Part shown: positions 11,744 to 24,819 of the stretch, one piece after another
Position numbering within the stretch: the stretch's first letter is position 1
Layout of the letters: each line of letters begins with the position of its first letter
NCBI RefSeq assembly: GCF_964355755.1
Contig: NC_092674.1
Coordinates: forward strand, 682,001 to 746,000
Direction of reading: 5' to 3'
Length of the DNA stretch: 64,000 nucleotides
Source: Antedon mediterranea
Lineage: Eukaryota; Animalia; Echinodermata
Program-made: the position numbers and the translations under genes
Notes under the pieces: model-generated
What the model was told of the DNA's origin: nothing
The model's input: only the letters and a program-made list of their open reading frames with translations
Database searches by the model: none

Positions 11744-12690
11744 TGTTAGATAAATCATGAATAATACCACCAAACTTGCGAGTTAGGATGACTATAACGA
11801 GGCATTTAATAAAAAGGCAAATTGCCTTAAAATTTAAATGTGACATGTTTCGAGAAACTATTCTCATCATCAATAATTCCTGGTCTAGCTTTAACAATGA
11901 CATTTCAACTCTTAAATCCATTTTAAGTAAAAACTGTTTTCCACTCAGTATAATTAATGACAATATTTACAGATATCTATATTTTTTCTCCTTGCAATGT
12001 TGCGTCAGTTGAGTCGATTATTGAACAAAACAAGGTTCTTTATTTTAAATTACCTTACTTACAGTTTGCCAAATGCGCACAACAAAGAATCGACAAAATT
12101 ACACATAAATATTGCAAAGGTATTAATATTAAATTAGCTTTCAAATCATTCAAAATTTCAAACTTGTTTAGTCTTAAGGACCCTGTCCCTGATGTGTTCC
12201 GCTCTCGTGTTGTATATAAATTTAAATGTATGGGATGCAATTCCATGTATATTGGTGAAACCAATAGACGGTTATCAATGCGGGTGCGTGAACATTTCAG
12301 GGACAAGGCTTCTCGCATTTTTCAACATCTGTAGGATTCGGAACGGTGTAAGGCCCTCGCTAATGCGGGTTGCTTCACCGTTCTGGATTCTGCAGATTCC
12401 GCTTTCAAACTTAAGGTCAAGGAAGCCCTCCACATCTCATGGAGTAAACCTTCCTTGAACAAACAAATCTATAACTTAGGCGTCACACTTGCCGTATGAT
12501 TGGTTGTTGCCTACATTCCTTGTTTTATTATGCTAATTACTTACTTATTTACATACAATATGTCCTATTGGTATATAAGCACTCTAGGCGTTGTTTACTG
12601 TTCTGATGATGAGAATAGTTTCTCGAAACATGTCACATTTACATTTTAAGGCAATTTGCCTTTTTATTAAATGCCTCGTTATAGTCATCC
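11744..12690 (+). mobile_element. 5'-truncated Penelope-like retroelement with GIY-YIG remnant and inverted pseudo-LTR piece
   Basis: VVYKFKC..C...YIGETNRRLSMRVREH...LKVKEALHI...PSLN with premature TAG at 12332-12334; about 11784-11872 is the reverse complement of 12604-12693; flanked by TAATACTGTACTT repeat (11731, 12691). Confidence 0.9.
12597..12640 (+). ncRNA. Minimal type I hammerhead ribozyme core of the Penelope element
   Basis: CTGATGA-T-GAGAA-tagt-TTCTC-GAAA-CATG-TC: both core boxes, 5-bp stem II, palindromic stem III, GTC site; stem I weak. Confidence 0.7.
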
Positions 12691-13299
12691 TAATACTGTA
12701 CTTAGTATGTTCTACTTGATAGAAATTACTATTATCATATTCTTTTTACAAAGGTGGTCATAATATATCGTGTTTCTTTTGACCATTCAGAGCTCACTAG
12801 GAGGATCTAAACTACGAGACCAAGTCTAAAGTACTCTATGATACTGGTTTTTACATGGGGATATTGAAACTCATTTGGATACAGTCTGTGTGTCTAATTC
12901 TAGTCTTTGTTTATTTTGATGAAAAAAGAACAAAAAATACAATTATACTTGCTATGGTATGTAATTTATTTTTCCCCTTAAAAATTGAATATATACAGTA
13001 GTTGGTTCTGTTAATGTGGTTTTGCGAATAAAATTCTTAATTTATGTATGTTTTGGTTGATTTAGCCTGTTATATTATGTAAAAGATGCACCTATTTTGT
13101 ACCAAATAAAGGCTAATAGTACTTTGTCTTAATGTTCTCTTTTTTTTTTTATATTTTTAGTATTAATTAATGTCATTAACAAACACACAAATGGCATTTA
13201 CAGTATTCACACAAAGGTACATTTTAATGTTAACATTATTGTACATTGCTATGCGACATTGGCGTTCCATACTTCAATATACTGTGTATTGAAATCAAA

Positions 13300-15541
13300 A
13301 TGGCGGCTCCAATAACAGTTGGTGGTGGCGGGGGAAATAATCGTACCCCAAAGGACGCTCAAACCATGGTAGCAATTCTAAAAGACATGGGAGTGACTGA
13401 ATATGAACCTCGTGTTATTAATCAGATGTTGGAATTCACATATCGTAGGTTCTTTTTGTCATTAATTCCCCATTCATATAGCTAGGCCTCTACTGGTGTG
13501 GGAACAGTGTTTTGTACTATTGAGCTCCACCGGGGAAATAAGTTCCGGAGCGTTCAGTCTGACCTGTCGTATAGATAGGCATAGTAGACGTAGGCCTGGG
13601 TAATAATCTACATAACTAGATAATAATCTTGTTACAAATGGATTGTAGAACTTTCTTCTTTACATCATTAAAACATTATTGTTCTTTAAAAAATGATAAA
13701 TTTTAATTTATTAATATATTATTAAATTATGATTTTAAAAAATGTAATATTGTAATGTAATATGTTGATCACGAATGTAAATATTATGTGGGTATTGTTT
13801 TACTTGTGTTTTTCTGCTAAGAAAACAATTAATATCATTGTACTGTTAAATGTTTATATATGAATCATGAATGACTTAATCAATCAAACCTGAATCTACA
13901 GTAGTACAATATTAAATTATTTTTAAAAAAGATAGAGGGCAGTCGTCTATTTAAAAAATAAAAAAAAGATGAATAAATTTAAGTTGATTGTGTTCCTTCT
14001 CAGGCTATGTAACAGATATTCTTGATGATGCCCAAATATTTGGTAATCATGCTGGGAAAAAAGTAATAGATGGAGAAGATGTACAATTAGCAGTACAGAC
14101 ACGTATGGATCACTCCTTCACTTGTCCCCCTCCCAGAGAGGTAAGCTATAATGGTGTTGGCACTATGAATGTCTTGAATAAAAGAATCAACAACAATCTA
14201 ACTCAATATCCTAGTTTTTTTCAAGTTTCATAACATTTACATACTCTGATGTAAAAGATAATAACAAACAAAGCAACAACAAAATGATATGTCTTTGAGT
14301 CTCTCTATTGTACAATAAATAACATGTTTCTATTTATGTTTTTTTGCAAGATTGACAATAAATTATATATATTTATTTTGTTGTGTTGACTTGCAGCTAC
14401 TACTAGAAGTTGCTAGGGTAAAGAACAACACTGCCCTTCCTGCTATTAAGCCGCATAATGGGCCGAATCTGCCTCCGGATCGATATTGCTTTTCATCTAC
14501 AAACTATAGACTTAGGTCCAACAGTAGAAAAGTAAGTCCAAAGTTGTTCTATTCTGTTAAATGTATGTATATTTTACTACTAAAGACAATGTGGAATTAC
14601 TGTACATAAATGTTGATTTTAATTTCTATTTTCAGACATCTGGTATGGTACTCCCATCACGGTTAAGTCTAAGTTCATCATCAGGTGAGTGCTTTGATTC
14701 AAATATCATGTTTACTCGCCACGCCTTTGTGCACTCAAAAAAGAAACTGTTTGTAACATGTTATTCTGAATCAAAGGATTTATATGTGTTGATTTTTATC
14801 TTTCAGGAAAGGGCACTACTATTACCTTAACATCTAAATCAAGCGGCAGCAAAAGTGTAGCACCACATGCTAATGTCCTCACAACACAAAGCAGTAATGC
14901 ACCCAAAGGTATCTTTATATCCGTCATATAATATTGTGTGAACAAATGACTAAGAAGTAATGAATGCAATTACCACAGCATATGTGATACTGTTACAACT
15001 CCTCAAACAATGAATTATTTCCTTTTTGTTTTGCTATTTGTATTGTAATTTGTAATGTGTTCTCCATTTCTGGAGGCATTTTGAATGCATTGAAAGCAAA
15101 CATTTTTTGATAAGGAGAGTATTCTGCTTATTCTATGGCTGTGTGTACAGTATACTACCCACTTCTTAAGCTCTGTCACTATCAAACTTTATGTGACAAA
15201 AACATGTGATGTGCCCATATATGGACAAGATGATATATCACTACCATATTTGGGCAAACTAGTTTGATAGTGTTGACAGAGCTTTACACTTTTGTTTGTA
15301 TTAGCATATTTTCACAGATCAGGACATACAGTTGCTACTAAAACTGATTTATAGGATTATTTAACCATAACATTATTGTACAAACTGTAACCAGTCTAAT
15401 TAAAATGATTTTGGTTTGTTTACAGCAATTCCTCATATTCAACTGCAGTCAATCAAAACGGAGAAAAGGGATACAGCTTCACCGCAGCTCAACATAATAA
15501 CTATCAATCCAAGTATAAAACGCAAATTTGATGAAGATTGA
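13300..15541 (+). CDS. TAF9: TFIID subunit 9, 6 coding exons
   Basis: [42 protein letters not shown]...[15 protein letters not shown]...LPPDRYC histone fold; exons about 13300-13444, 14004-14140, 14397-14531, 14636-14683, 14807-14908, 15425-15541. Confidence 0.95.
15169..15285. mobile_element. Harbinger-like MITE family; related copies near 15860-15930, 21467-21575, 28855-28970, 37610-37792, 49053-49153
   Basis: TIR AGCTCTGTCTACACTATCAAACT / GATAGTGTAGACAGAGCT, shared GATGTGCCCATATATGGACA core, TAA/TTA-like flanks. Confidence 0.75.
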
Positions 15542-16323
15542 AAAAGTGATTGAAAACATATTTTAATGTTTGTCATTAGGTTTATATTGGCTAGAGGACA
15601 TACTCATCCTCTAGTCAATCTATATAATCTCATTAATTTTATAACAAATACAGTATAACTTAAGTTGTAGCCTCTATGTGTGTGAAATACTGTAATAAAT
15701 ATGGTATTTGTTACCATTATATAACATATTACTAGTCTTACTTATAAGAGAGAAACCTTTTGTATAATATTTTGAACTTTATTTGGAATGTGAATATTAA
15801 CAAATACTGTATTATAATTCTTATCAGATTTGTTGTATTACGAGCACATGGTTGATTGATAACCATAATCATATCACTACCATATTTGGGCACATCACAT
15901 TTTTTGTTTTATAGTGTAGACAGAGCTTTAGAAATTAATACCAACATTACAAAGGCACAACCAACAATATACACCATCTATAATATAAACCTTAAAATAT
16001 TTATTCATTATTTCAACAATGAGGAAAAAAATACTGTTCAATAACATTACCTAAATAATTGCAACAATCTGTTGAAAACATTATGTAGAACATAATATAG
16101 AGAGAACATCGTAATTTTCCAACATACAAACATTTCAAAAAACAAGAATTTATTACAATCATTATTGGTAAATATCAAATCCTCTTTTATCAAATTATAA
16201 CACCATTAAATTTACAATATCATACTATTGCAAATAAATGCTAGGGCAATTATACAGCATGTTTTATTTTCAAATCAAATTGTTTTAATGTGAAAATTAT
16301 GACATTTAAAGATATTTAATAAA

Positions 16324-16772
16324 TAGAAGAAGTGTACCTGCCAATTTAAATAGAGCTTTTAAACTGAGCATTATTCACACAAGTACAACATCCCTAGATA
16401 GAAGAAGTGTACCTGCCAATTTAAATAGAGCTTTTAAACTGAGCATTATTCACACAAGTACAACTTCCCTAGATAGAAGAAGTGTACCTGCCAATTTAAA
16501 TAGAGCTTTTAAACTGAGCATTATTCACACAAGTACAACTTCCCTAGATAGAAGAAGTGTACCTGCCAATTTAAATAGAGCTTTTAAACTGAGCATTATT
16601 CACACAAGTACAACATCCCTAGATAGAAGAAGTGTACCTGCCAATTTAAATAGAGCTTTTAAACTGAGCATTATTCACACAAGTACAACATCCCTAGATA
16701 GAAGAAGTGTACCTGCCAATTTAAATAGAGCTTTTAAACTGAGCATTATTCACACAAGTACAACTTCCCTAG
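16324..16772. repeat. Tandem repeat, 75 bp x 6
   Basis: Unit TAGAAGAAGTGTACCTGCCAATTTAAATAGAGCTTTTAAACTGAGCATTATTCACACAAGTACAAC(A/T)TCCCTAGA. Confidence 0.95.
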
Positions 16773-16803
16773 CATACTTTCTACACTTAATCTACTCAAT
16801 TAG

Positions 16804-16899
16804 GTCTTTAAGAAACAAGTTGAGAATACATCCAGCCAATGCAGCCAGTTTCACTGGTTTAAGTATCAGCTATCATCAGGTCAAAGGTCATTTAAAGAC
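16804..16899 (-). promoter_or_regulatory. SECIS element (type II) in SELENOT 3'UTR
   Basis: Minus strand ATGAT-AGCTGATACTT-AAA-CCAGT GAA ACTGG-CTGCATTGGCT-GGAT: non-Watson-Crick quartet, helix II, AAA bulge, apical ministem; outer stem GTCTTTAA/TTAAAGAC. Confidence 0.85.
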
Positions 16900-17044
16900 T
16901 TAATCAAGTACGATTGAAGGCAGGACACATCTGGAACTAAACAAAATGATTGTTTTTATTATAGAAACATTGATAAATATAGAGTAATATTTTTTTATGT
17001 ATTTACCAATGACAACTTCCAAACTTACCAAACATGTTATCATT

Positions 17045-18977
17045 TTATTCCTTAAAATTAAGATTCATAATATTGTTATCCAGGATGTTGACCAACTCGC
17101 CATATTTTGGGATTCTGCCAGATTGCATTTTGGACCAGATAGGGATATCTGAAATGGTAAGTTAATGAAAATTGTAAAGAGACAAAAATAATGCAAATGT
17201 AATAACTTAAAATATAAAACAAAAACAATTTAACCCTGAGACATTCTGAGCCTTACTGCACTTCAATTTTGTAAACGCATCATGTACTGCAAATCTACCT
17301 TTAAATACTAAAGTCCTGTTCAATTGAAAGTTTGGAAATTCTTACCATTTAGAGAAATTTCAAAGGCTCCAGTAGACAACAACTGAGTTTCTACAGCATT
17401 GGAAATGAAGAAGATCATCAAGCATGCATACACCTACAGTTCAACAAAAACATCATTTATTTCATGTGATACGGTATTCTACCCCAAGTCTCTTTTAGTT
17501 TGAACAGTCCAAGGTTGTATAGGACGAATCCCCTTTTGGAACAAATTAATACTGATCTCTTCTTCTACACAGATCATACAACATTTAAACACATAAGGAA
17601 GATAAAACAAACTAATGTAATTAAAAAGAACAATTATATTTTAATTATAGTGTAGTATTCAATTCAATTCCACGTAAACATTTATTTTCTTTCTTTCAAT
17701 CAATAATAAAACAATAATGAATAAGGTATTAAAAAATTAAGTACGAGTTTCAAATAATACATTTCATGAATATAATATATAAACACGACAGGCAAAGAAC
17801 ATTAGTTCTAAACCGCCCAGTAATATACTGAAATTTTAATTAATTAATTTGAAACGATAAAGATGAGGAAATATAATATAAATATATAGCTTATATAGAC
17901 TATTTTCAGTTATACATAATATACAGTACAGTATTCATTTACAAAAATCAGAGACAACAACTTTAAAACTAACCTTATTTTCAGTAGCCCAGTTCCAGAT
18001 GGCAGGAGTGTTCATTCCAGCGGATTCAAATGGATTACTACCAAACACCAGCATACCCATAATCACTAGCTTGGCCATTGACAGAAAGGATGCAAGGTTT
18101 TGCCTAAGAGGAGTTGGGGGGAAGTTGGTCCCTTCTATGCTCAACTCTGGGTAACGTTGAGACAAGTGGAACCGGTAATCCTCGAAGGCTTTTCTGTACC
18201 CTCATGATATGCTGAAAAGAATTCAAATTAATATTCACATAAAATACTGTAGTTATAAATAATTTAGAAATTTATTCATATACATAGATAAATCATTTAA
18301 AAAAACTACTTTATTAAATTACAGCTACATAGATTTATTAGTAAAAATGCACTAGGCCTAGCTAGGCTCCTCCTCTACCCTCCTGCTATAACAACAATAT
18401 AAAAATCATGCATGCTGCAGTTTTTGTTTTTCTTTATATTTATTATTTTATATATAAAAACATCATTAAACATCAGATCATATCATTTGACATTATTAAT
18501 TAATTACTGTATTTATTTGAAAATAAATATAGGCCTAGCCTAGCTAGGGCTTGGCCTAGGTTTAGGCCGGCCTAGCCTAGGATTATATTTTATTATCCAG
18601 GTCTAGGCTATTCATTCTAGTACCTGTATAATCATTTCATTGAAGAAAAAAAAAGAATACAAAATGTCTGCCTTGGCTTCATTGCCTAGGCTAGATGTTA
18701 CGTAACATGCCAGCAAAGCTAGCTGGAATGTTCGCTTAGCCCAACTCGCTAGACAGTATTAAATATACGATACTGGCATATAGAGTGTACGACCAGTAGG
18801 CCTAGCTTTTCAAACAATTTTTACTTACCAGTACAATACTTTCAGTGTCGGGCCTGACAAATGAGAAAATTTAGGAATCTGTCTTTCTTCTATTTTTGCG
18901 TCTGTTTGACTTATTTCTCGGTAAGTGAGAAAACAAATAAGAAATAAAACAGCCGCTGAAATTATCCGAGTCGCCAT
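17045..18977 (-). CDS. SELENOT: Selenoprotein T; Sec UGA at 18202-18204
   Basis: Exons 18977-18829, 18211-17974, 17433-17346, 17148-17045; spliced YC-I-S-[TGA]-GYRKAF CxxU motif, IEGTNFPP, WATENKVYACLMIFF, STGAFEISLNDIPIWSK; signal-like N-terminus; SECIS downstream. Confidence 0.95.
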
Positions 18978-19721
18978 TTTGTCGCGACGACGACTACTCA
19001 GCAATTTTTTTTATCGTTCTTTTAAATTCATCATTAAATTGTTTGATCAAATTAAAAAATATAAGCGTACAGGCCCATTTCAAGTCTATAGGCCAACTAA
19101 AAAAATGTAAACACAATAAAATAAATATTCTAATACATAATACATTTTTTTAGTAATTCAAATCAACTTAAATTAAATCTTAATAATACATTTTGTAAGT
19201 GTCGACTGCTTTTTTTATGATCAAAACAAAAACAATACTGTGCTGCTTAAAATGAATTTTCATAAAACGACGTGTAACTAATCTTAATATAGCATTAAAT
19301 AGTTCTAGAAGGTATATTTTGTCGTGTTAGGTGGTTTAATTAGCTTCTAATATCATTTTATGTATTCAAACTATAATCAGCACCAAAAAAGTCACCAGAA
19401 AATTTTGCAATTTAGCAATTGCCAAATTGTGTCTAGCTAGACTAGAAAGGTAAATATTTTTATTTATTCCCCACTTGGTAAAGGAGACCATGGATAATAT
19501 TCACACTGTAGCAACTCCTCTGTCTGAAGTAAATTTGATTTGTAGTCATTTGTAGTGTAGTATTACTATAATTAATATACATTTTAAAATCCAAATATAA
19601 CAACACACTAAATTTATTTGTATTATAATAAATCAGGGAGGTATTGTAAATACAGACATGTTATTCTCATAACTTTTTAATTACTGTATTAATTGCTTTT
19701 CACAGCTTGTATTTATAAAAG

Positions 19722-21815
19722 ATGATGCGGCCGAGAAGAAGACGACAAGGAGGTTTTGGGCTTGTTCTTCTGTTTATGCAATTGGCTCGTTTTGGCTTCA
19801 ATCATATTCCTCCTACCACGCTGATAACAATTGGTTTAAACATTGCTGTGTATCTCAAAGTCCTCAATGGATTCTTATACAGTATTATTGGCAAACCATC
19901 AATTCAGAGGGTATGTGTGAGCGCAGTTAGTGTCTGGTATCGGAGTGATTGGTCAAGGCTCTTCCTTGCGGCATGGTTCCATCTTGATGACTGGCATTTG
20001 TACTACAACATGGTGTCGTTTTTATGGAAAGGACGGTCACTTGAGCATCGTTTTGGATCCTACTACTTTGCGTACTTGATAGCTGCTTTTTCTGTAATTA
20101 CTAATATCGTAATGGTTGCAGTTAATTTCATTGCTGCTGAGCTACTGGATGACGATTCCTACATTCTCAGCTGTGCAGCTGGGTTTTCAGGTAATTTAGT
20201 AAAAAAACCACTCTGGGTCGGTCTTTGTATACTCACAAAAAAAGGGGATAACAGAGCCAATCAGGAGTTGGCCATCATGATTCAAGGTGGTCTAGAGTAA
20301 AAAATGTACAATCACCACAAAAAATTGAATCATTTATTTCTTTATCAGTGAGATTTCAGACAACATGCACATTTGTAAGTTTCCTTCTTGCTGCAGCTAA
20401 AGAAATAATGTGACATCTGAGGGGATTATATTACTGTATATTTATAAAATTGAAAAACTCTTTCAACTATAATTTTTTTTACAGGTGTCCTATTTGCCTT
20501 GAAAGTGGTCACCACTCATTTTATGCCAAATTACAGGCAAAGCATTATGGGAATTATTAGTGTCCCATCGCAGTGGGCATGCTGGGTAGAGCTGGTCCTT
20601 ATACAGATACTAGTACCACGTGCTTCATTCACAGGCCACCTTGCTGGTATCTTAGTTGGACTTGCGTACACTAAAGGCCCTTTAAAGAGAATCATGGATT
20701 CTCTAGCTGGAATTGTCACAAATTTTGGTAATTTTTCATTGATATTTGTAAGTCTCTTTTTACTGTAAAGGTTGTTTTTAGTTTTAAACTCCTAGATAGC
20801 TGCTGAAGAAAGGGTATGTCAGGAAGGTGAAATATATAATATTAACTTCTTTTGTAGTTAAACTTAAACTCAATGGTGAACAATACATTTCAGGTGACTC
20901 AGCACAGAGAAATTATAGACGTTCTACTGCAGGAAGGCATCAAAATACAAATAGAGGGCAGACTACAGGCTTTCGGGCTCAGGCGTCTGGGGGTCATGGG
21001 TTCCAACGAGATACATATACAGGAGGTATGAGTGAAGAAGAACAAATAGCAGCTGCTATGAGGAATAGCCAACACTCAGGTGTGTTTACTTGCTTGATTT
21101 AGTTAATTCTCAGAAAAAAAGGTGTTATTCCATTGGTGGTATTCCTAGGAATAGGGGCCAAGCTTATAGCTCCTCAGTGAATTCAATTTATTTTTATTTT
21201 TTACTAAATGCGATGTGAAATATGGTAGGCTCTACTGGTCAGGATTGTTATTGATAGTTTGGAAAGCAATATGTTTTAATGATCAATAAACTAATAAATT
21301 AATATTAATCAATCTATTCAGCATCACCATCATAAATATCATCACCATATCAGCACTGTATAAATCTCTTTATCATCATTAAATTATTATCAACATGATC
21401 ATCTTCATTATGTATTTCAACCAAATAACCTAATGACATTTACAATATTAAACTATTACAATATAAAGCTCTGTCTACACTATCCAACAAAAAAATGCGA
21501 TGTGCCCATATATAGACATTATGATGTCATATCAATACCATATTTGGGCACATGACTTTTTTTGTCAAACTAGTTTTGACCCAAATTCCCAGTCCCAATT
21601 GAGAACTATTTTAAAGTTAAAATCCTTTTTTTTTTACAGTGCCTGGTAACAACAGTGAGTCATATCCATCAGCACCCCCTGCAGAAGATGTTAACAATCA
21701 TCAAAATGTAAGATCACCGACTTTGCCACCATACCCTTATGGACACGCCTCCAGTGAAGGAATAAGTAACGAAGAACTAAGAAGACGACGATTAGAAAGA
21801 CTAAATCAAAGATGA
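19722..21815 (+). CDS. RHBDD1: Rhomboid-related protein 4 (RHBDD1/RHBDL4)
   Basis: HLDDWHLYYNMVSFLWKG, catalytic GFSG and SFTGHLAG, UIM-like SEEEQIAAAMRNS, terminal EELRRRRLERL; exons 19722-20190, 20485-20727, 20894-21079, 21640-21815. Confidence 0.93.
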
Positions 21816-22446
21816 TTGTAGGATGTGGTATATTCTAAAAGAATTATGCAAATCCTGTACTGTACTGTCCTGTCCTCTAATGTGCATTTTATGTATATTA
21901 ATTATGTAAATATTTAATTTACATAATATAATGTGCATTCTATGTATCTTATATGTAAATATTTAATTTGCATAATAATGTAAAAAACTGTAACATTTTT
22001 ATCTGTGGAACATTAGTGCTACGTAAGAAACAGAAATAAAAAATTGAAATAAAATCAGAAAACGTTTGTCTCTAGTGCAATACGGTAGACTCTCGGCCTG
22101 TTGTTGGCTTATTACCAAACTGTTTTGGTCGACACATTTTGACTCGAAGTACAGGAACATCATTTTGAAATACTAAAATATGTTTAAAAACAAGAAAATT
22201 AGTCACACATATAAATGCTATTAATTAACTAACTGCGAGTAACCATAGATATTAGTTTGAAAAGTGGTAGGAAAATATTTTTGTGAATTGAGGAAACCGT
22301 ATACTGTATTCTCTAAGAGAAAATAGTTGTGTCGACAGATTTTCATTTTGCACCATGATAATTCACGGCTCTTTTGTGTCCAAAATCTACTAAATTCTCG
22401 TCCCTACAATGCTGGTTTGATATGTTTTTAAAAACGTTAGAACTAC

Positions 22447-24447
22447 CTTTGATATTTTGAGCAAGATTAGTTTCTTCAACGGGTTCTTTTTCAAAACTAG
22501 CGGTCGCTGTGTCTGTTTCTTTTTCAAAACTAGCGGTCGCTGTTTCTGTTTCTAGAATTAAAATTAAAAATGAATGAATCTTAAAAAATGATTGAACAAA
22601 ATAATGTAAACGTTACACAAGCGTTATATGTTTCGATCATGGGGGCCAACAATGAATGACTGTTTAATTTGTGTAATGCATTCGGTTTAAATAGTCTACA
22701 ACATGCACACATATGTAATAATTATAAGAAATGCGCATTACAGTAATTGTGTTATCAATATAAACATAGGTGAAATGGATCTCTGTATAGTATTCATAAC
22801 ATTTTTCTTTTGGATGATCCAAAAATGTTATGAATATGGACATAGATAAATGTTCAAAATAAAAATGATATACCTGTATCATCGTCGGACCATGAGGACG
22901 AATCATCACTCTCAGTGTCCAACTGACCGATAGAACCTAAGCGTTAAATACTGTAGAAGAACTTTAAATTACTGTATTAATCAGGCATAACAACATAGTT
23001 ACTTACCACCAAGGTAAATATCATCAATTGCAATATCCCCAGTATATGAACGTCCTCCAATGCCTTCGAATACGATGTAGTTGTCGCCATAACCATTGTG
23101 TGCGAACTGTACTGTACCAGCATGCCACACATTTCCTTGGGTGCCATTTCTTGACCATAACAATTCATCACCTAATTTTGATGTTCTGTAAACGTTGAGT
23201 GTTCCAATAGTAGAGCCATACATGTGATAGTAAAATGATAACGTTAAACTTTGTTGTTCTGGTATCTCTGGACTTCTAAGGCGAGCTGAATTTCCATTAC
23301 TACTTGTGGCGTATGATGTTTCAATATAAACATAATAATCAGCTTTGTGTGTGGAAGTAAACAAGAAAAACAACAAATACACTACGTTATTCTAATATCA
23401 AGGAGTTATTTTTGCCGAAAATGTTAATAAAAGGAGAACAAAAACAGATTAAAACAAAACAAAAACCTAAGGGGTGTTTTTAAAGTGCGAAGTTAATGGG
23501 TTGAACAACCCCTCTAAGCAATATATTTGGACTTTCTAAAACTTGACACTTGGTACTTCGTAAGTAACTGAACTTATTGTTTAGCATGCAACCCTTACAA
23601 TATTTCTTGTAAACTTACATTTATAACCTGAATGTCCGTCTGTTGGTCCAGTTCCATGTGATGACGTAGAACCGTTATTGCGTGTCCAATCAAAATCATC
23701 GCCAGATTCTTGAGTCCAACCATCAAAGCCAGACTGAAAATCTGTATCTGTGTCAACTACGAAAAAAAAGAAACTGAGATATATGTAGGTACTGCTTACG
23801 GAAGATGTTACCTTGATTAGATGCTAGAAAAGATTTTAAACTTTTTCTTGAAACAAGCTATTAATCTTTTTGAAAAGAAGCTAGAATCCTAGACAATACT
23901 TTTGTCTAGGTTTTAACTCTGAGTACTTTCTCTGGTTTTTAACCTACGTGGACCCTCACACAAAATGCTCCTTCATAAACGTTGGTCAGTCTGAACATAT
24001 TTTCTGTTCTGTACCTTTGTGAAGACTCTTACAAAAAGTCTTTACAGTAAAGATGAATATCAAAATTATTAATATTATTAATATTTGCATTAGGTCTATT
24101 AGTAAAATATACCGATAATGAAATATGTCTACTATTCGATAATAATCAACAAAAACATATCAAGAAAATAACATCGAGAAAATGAAAGATATTTCTCTAT
24201 CATTAAAACAGCTAAACATACTATAGTGTCGTCAGCAACGTCTTTAGTGACACAATCACGAGAGACAAGGTATCGGCTACTTTTTTAATATCTTCTTAAA
24301 GACCTAGTGTCACTCTATAAGTGTAGGTTAAAGTTAATGTAGGAAAATGTTTTACAAAATTCTTGGATTAGCCCTATATTATAGCCGTCTGCATTAAATC
24401 AAATTCAACTTACTTGTTGACGTGGTAGGCCATCCAGTAACCGTATC
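22447..24447 (-). CDS. MAM-domain protein, multi-exon; ends uncertain, possibly pseudogene
   Basis: Exon about 23756-23619 [25 protein letters not shown]; exon about 23342-23007 YVYIETS...SARLRSP...[18 protein letters not shown]...GDIAIDDI; small flanking exons incl. a 36-bp duplicated TATASFEKE segment. Confidence 0.75.
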
Positions 24448-24694
24448 TGTAATGAACAGATTAATTGTTTAGAGTTACAAACAAATTAGAAATACTGATT
24501 TGGGAAATTAGGATTTGAATTAAAGGAAATTATTTTAAAATAATTTAGCAACTTCAATGCTATATTTAAATAAATTCCAGTTACAGATTTGTTATTATTC
24601 TCTATATATAGAAAAGATATAGGCCCCTACCGTTTAATAAAGTCGTCAACAGTTATTTTAGTGTATTTTGGTAATAATAATCATTGATGCTCTT

Positions 24695-24819
24695 TTATAG
24701 TCAAGTGGACGCGACTCTATAGTTCACTATGTTGGTTGGTCGGTCTGTCGGTCGGTCTGTCGGTCGGTCCGGTATCACTATGCGTTTTAGCACGCGACTT
24801 ATGGCTGTTGGCCTTGTTA
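24695..24819 (+). mobile_element. Short DINE-1/HINE-like element
   Basis: TAGTC..ACGCGACT subterminal motif, (GTCG/CTGT)n microsatellite, second ACGCGACT and GGCCTTGTT end; family is inference. Confidence 0.55.

Noticed and set aside
16324-16772. Tandem extra SECIS elements (GUGAA...AAA in each unit)
   Set aside because: No GA on the 3' strand to complete the quartet and no helix II in the right register
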